A stretch of 64,000 bases of DNA from assembly GCA_965237955.1 (NCBI GenBank), contig OZ250169.1, positions 1,248,001-1,312,000 of the forward strand, given 5' to 3'. Under the pieces are notes generated by a model. It had not been told where the DNA came from. It searched no databases and worked only from the letters and a program-made list of their open reading frames with translations. Made by a program: the position numbers and the translations under genes. This DNA comes from Candidatus Marinacidobacterales bacterium. GTDB lineage: Bacteria; Acidobacteriota; Vicinamibacteria; Marinacidobacterales; SMYC01. Position 1 is the first letter of the stretch; each line of letters starts with the position of its first letter. Of this stretch, positions 63,090 through 64,000 are shown one piece after another.

Positions 63090-63531
63090 CTACTTGTGGC
63101 GGACGCCGAGGATGGTGAACCCGATGAGCGCTGTCTTTACGACGTAGATCAAGCGATTGTTCGATTTCGGATCGCCGGGCCAAAAGAAAAAGCCCGGGTT
63201 GACCAAAAGCTCCAACGAATTCTCGGTGACCCCCCTCCAAGGATTCGTTGTCTTCGAACCGGATCCGGGCCCTCAGACCACGCCGGCCAGGATCGGTATT
63301 GAGCGTTTTCTCCTCGAGGTAGTCGCGGTCGCCCGTGAAGTCGCGCACGAAGAACAAGCCCTTCAGCTTGTGCAAATCGACGGGTAGCGGCTCGCCGTTC
63401 ACATCGCTCATTTTCAGTATGCCGCGTACCAGTAGCCGTCCCTTGTCGAGATAGCCGGGAATCAGCTGTCCTTGTTTCGTGCGGGCGATGACCGCGGGCC
63501 GACTGTTGAGGAGCTCTTTGAGGGAATCCAT
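63090..63531 (-). CDS. Conserved hypothetical protein; frameshift in a G6 run
   Basis: LKGLFFVRDFTG...RIRFEDNESLEG continues as VTENS...GFFFWP.DPKSNN in another frame (shift at 63230-63235). Confidence 0.6.
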
Positions 63532-63559
63532 GGTTGGGTGATGATAGGATGCTTGTGCC

Positions 63560-63640
63560 GTGCCGGACAAGACCGTAGGGGTCATTCTCGGGGGAGGCGT
63601 ACGGACGCGGCTTTTTCCGCTGACAAGATCGTCAAGGAAT
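63560..63640 (+). pseudogene. glgC: N-terminal stub of glucose-1-phosphate adenylyltransferase
   Basis: GVILGGGVRTRLFPLT resembles the GlgC N-terminal motif; similarity is lost afterwards. Confidence 0.55.
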
Positions 63641-63766
63641 CTGTCGACGGCCCGACGCTCAGGCGCGCCTGGCGCGCCGGTCCGCTTATTTACGTGCGTT
63701 TCGTCGGCTCCCAAGAACGCGTCGGGTGAGGGAGGGCGCACGCCCCCGATTTCGTCTATCTAGGAT

Positions 63767-64000
63767 GTGAGCATCGACCGCATCCTGCCCATTGATCGGC
63801 CCAGGGAGAAACTTCTCGAGAGGGGCGCTTCTACGCTCGGGGTCAACGAGCTTTTGGCCGTTGTCCTGGGCTCGGGCACGAAGAGCCTGTCCGCCCTGGA
63901 GCTTGCGAACGAGCTCCTCTCCCGTGCCGGTGGCCTAGAAGGGTTGAACGAGGCGAGCCCGTCCGCGCTCGCGAAGCTCCGCGGCCTCAAAGACGCGCGT
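63767..64000 (+). CDS. radC: RadC family protein (partial, runs off the window)
   Basis: DRPREKLLERGASTLGVNELLAVVLGSG...ELANELL..GGLEGL. Confidence 0.88.
   Translation, partial: MSIDRILPIDRPREKLLERGASTLGVNELLAVVLGSGTKSLSALELANELLSRAGGLEGLNEASPSALAKLRGLKDAR

Noticed and set aside
1-64000. CRISPR array or cas genes
   Set aside because: No regularly spaced direct repeats with unique spacers were seen; the repeats found are IS ends, MITEs or palindromes.

Overview
High-GC bacterial chromosomal window. The gene repertoire (VPS10/BNR propeller proteins, kinase-PD40 fusion, DUF4388 regulators, bactofilin) resembles Acidobacteriota, but the taxon is inferred. Intact housekeeping genes (sat-cysC, cysQ, tRNA-Leu, rnr, ppx, apaH, selB, greA/B, radC start) are mixed with many decayed genes. 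There are at least seven IS families (IS630, ISAzo13, ISL3, IS5/IS903-group, IS3, IS1, IS256), most with readable terminal inverted repeats (TIRs) and target-site duplications (TSDs), plus two 133-bp IS630-derived MITEs. Two candidate undescribed systems stand out. (1) A sulfation locus (about 21978-32999) combines PAPS synthesis and recycling, a sulfotransferase, two alkaline-phosphatase-superfamily enzymes predicted on opposite sides of the membrane, a small ribbon-helix-helix protein ending in an isolated 'RLKGLGY' tail, and an Oxa1/EMC3 (DUF106)-like membrane protein. It may form a trans-membrane sulfate relay. (2) An IS1-family cargo transposon (46488-48696) carries a 74-nt tRNA-like RNA in its transposase leader, with a tmRNA/Ala-type acceptor stem but no canonical anticodon arm. 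Also notable: an ISL3 that splits a higBA operon while supplying a new Shine-Dalgarno (SD) to the antitoxin, a probable lanthanide-type PQQ dehydrogenase-cytochrome c fusion, and a small tRNA-Leu-anchored island. All family assignments come from motif recognition by eye; no database searches were run.
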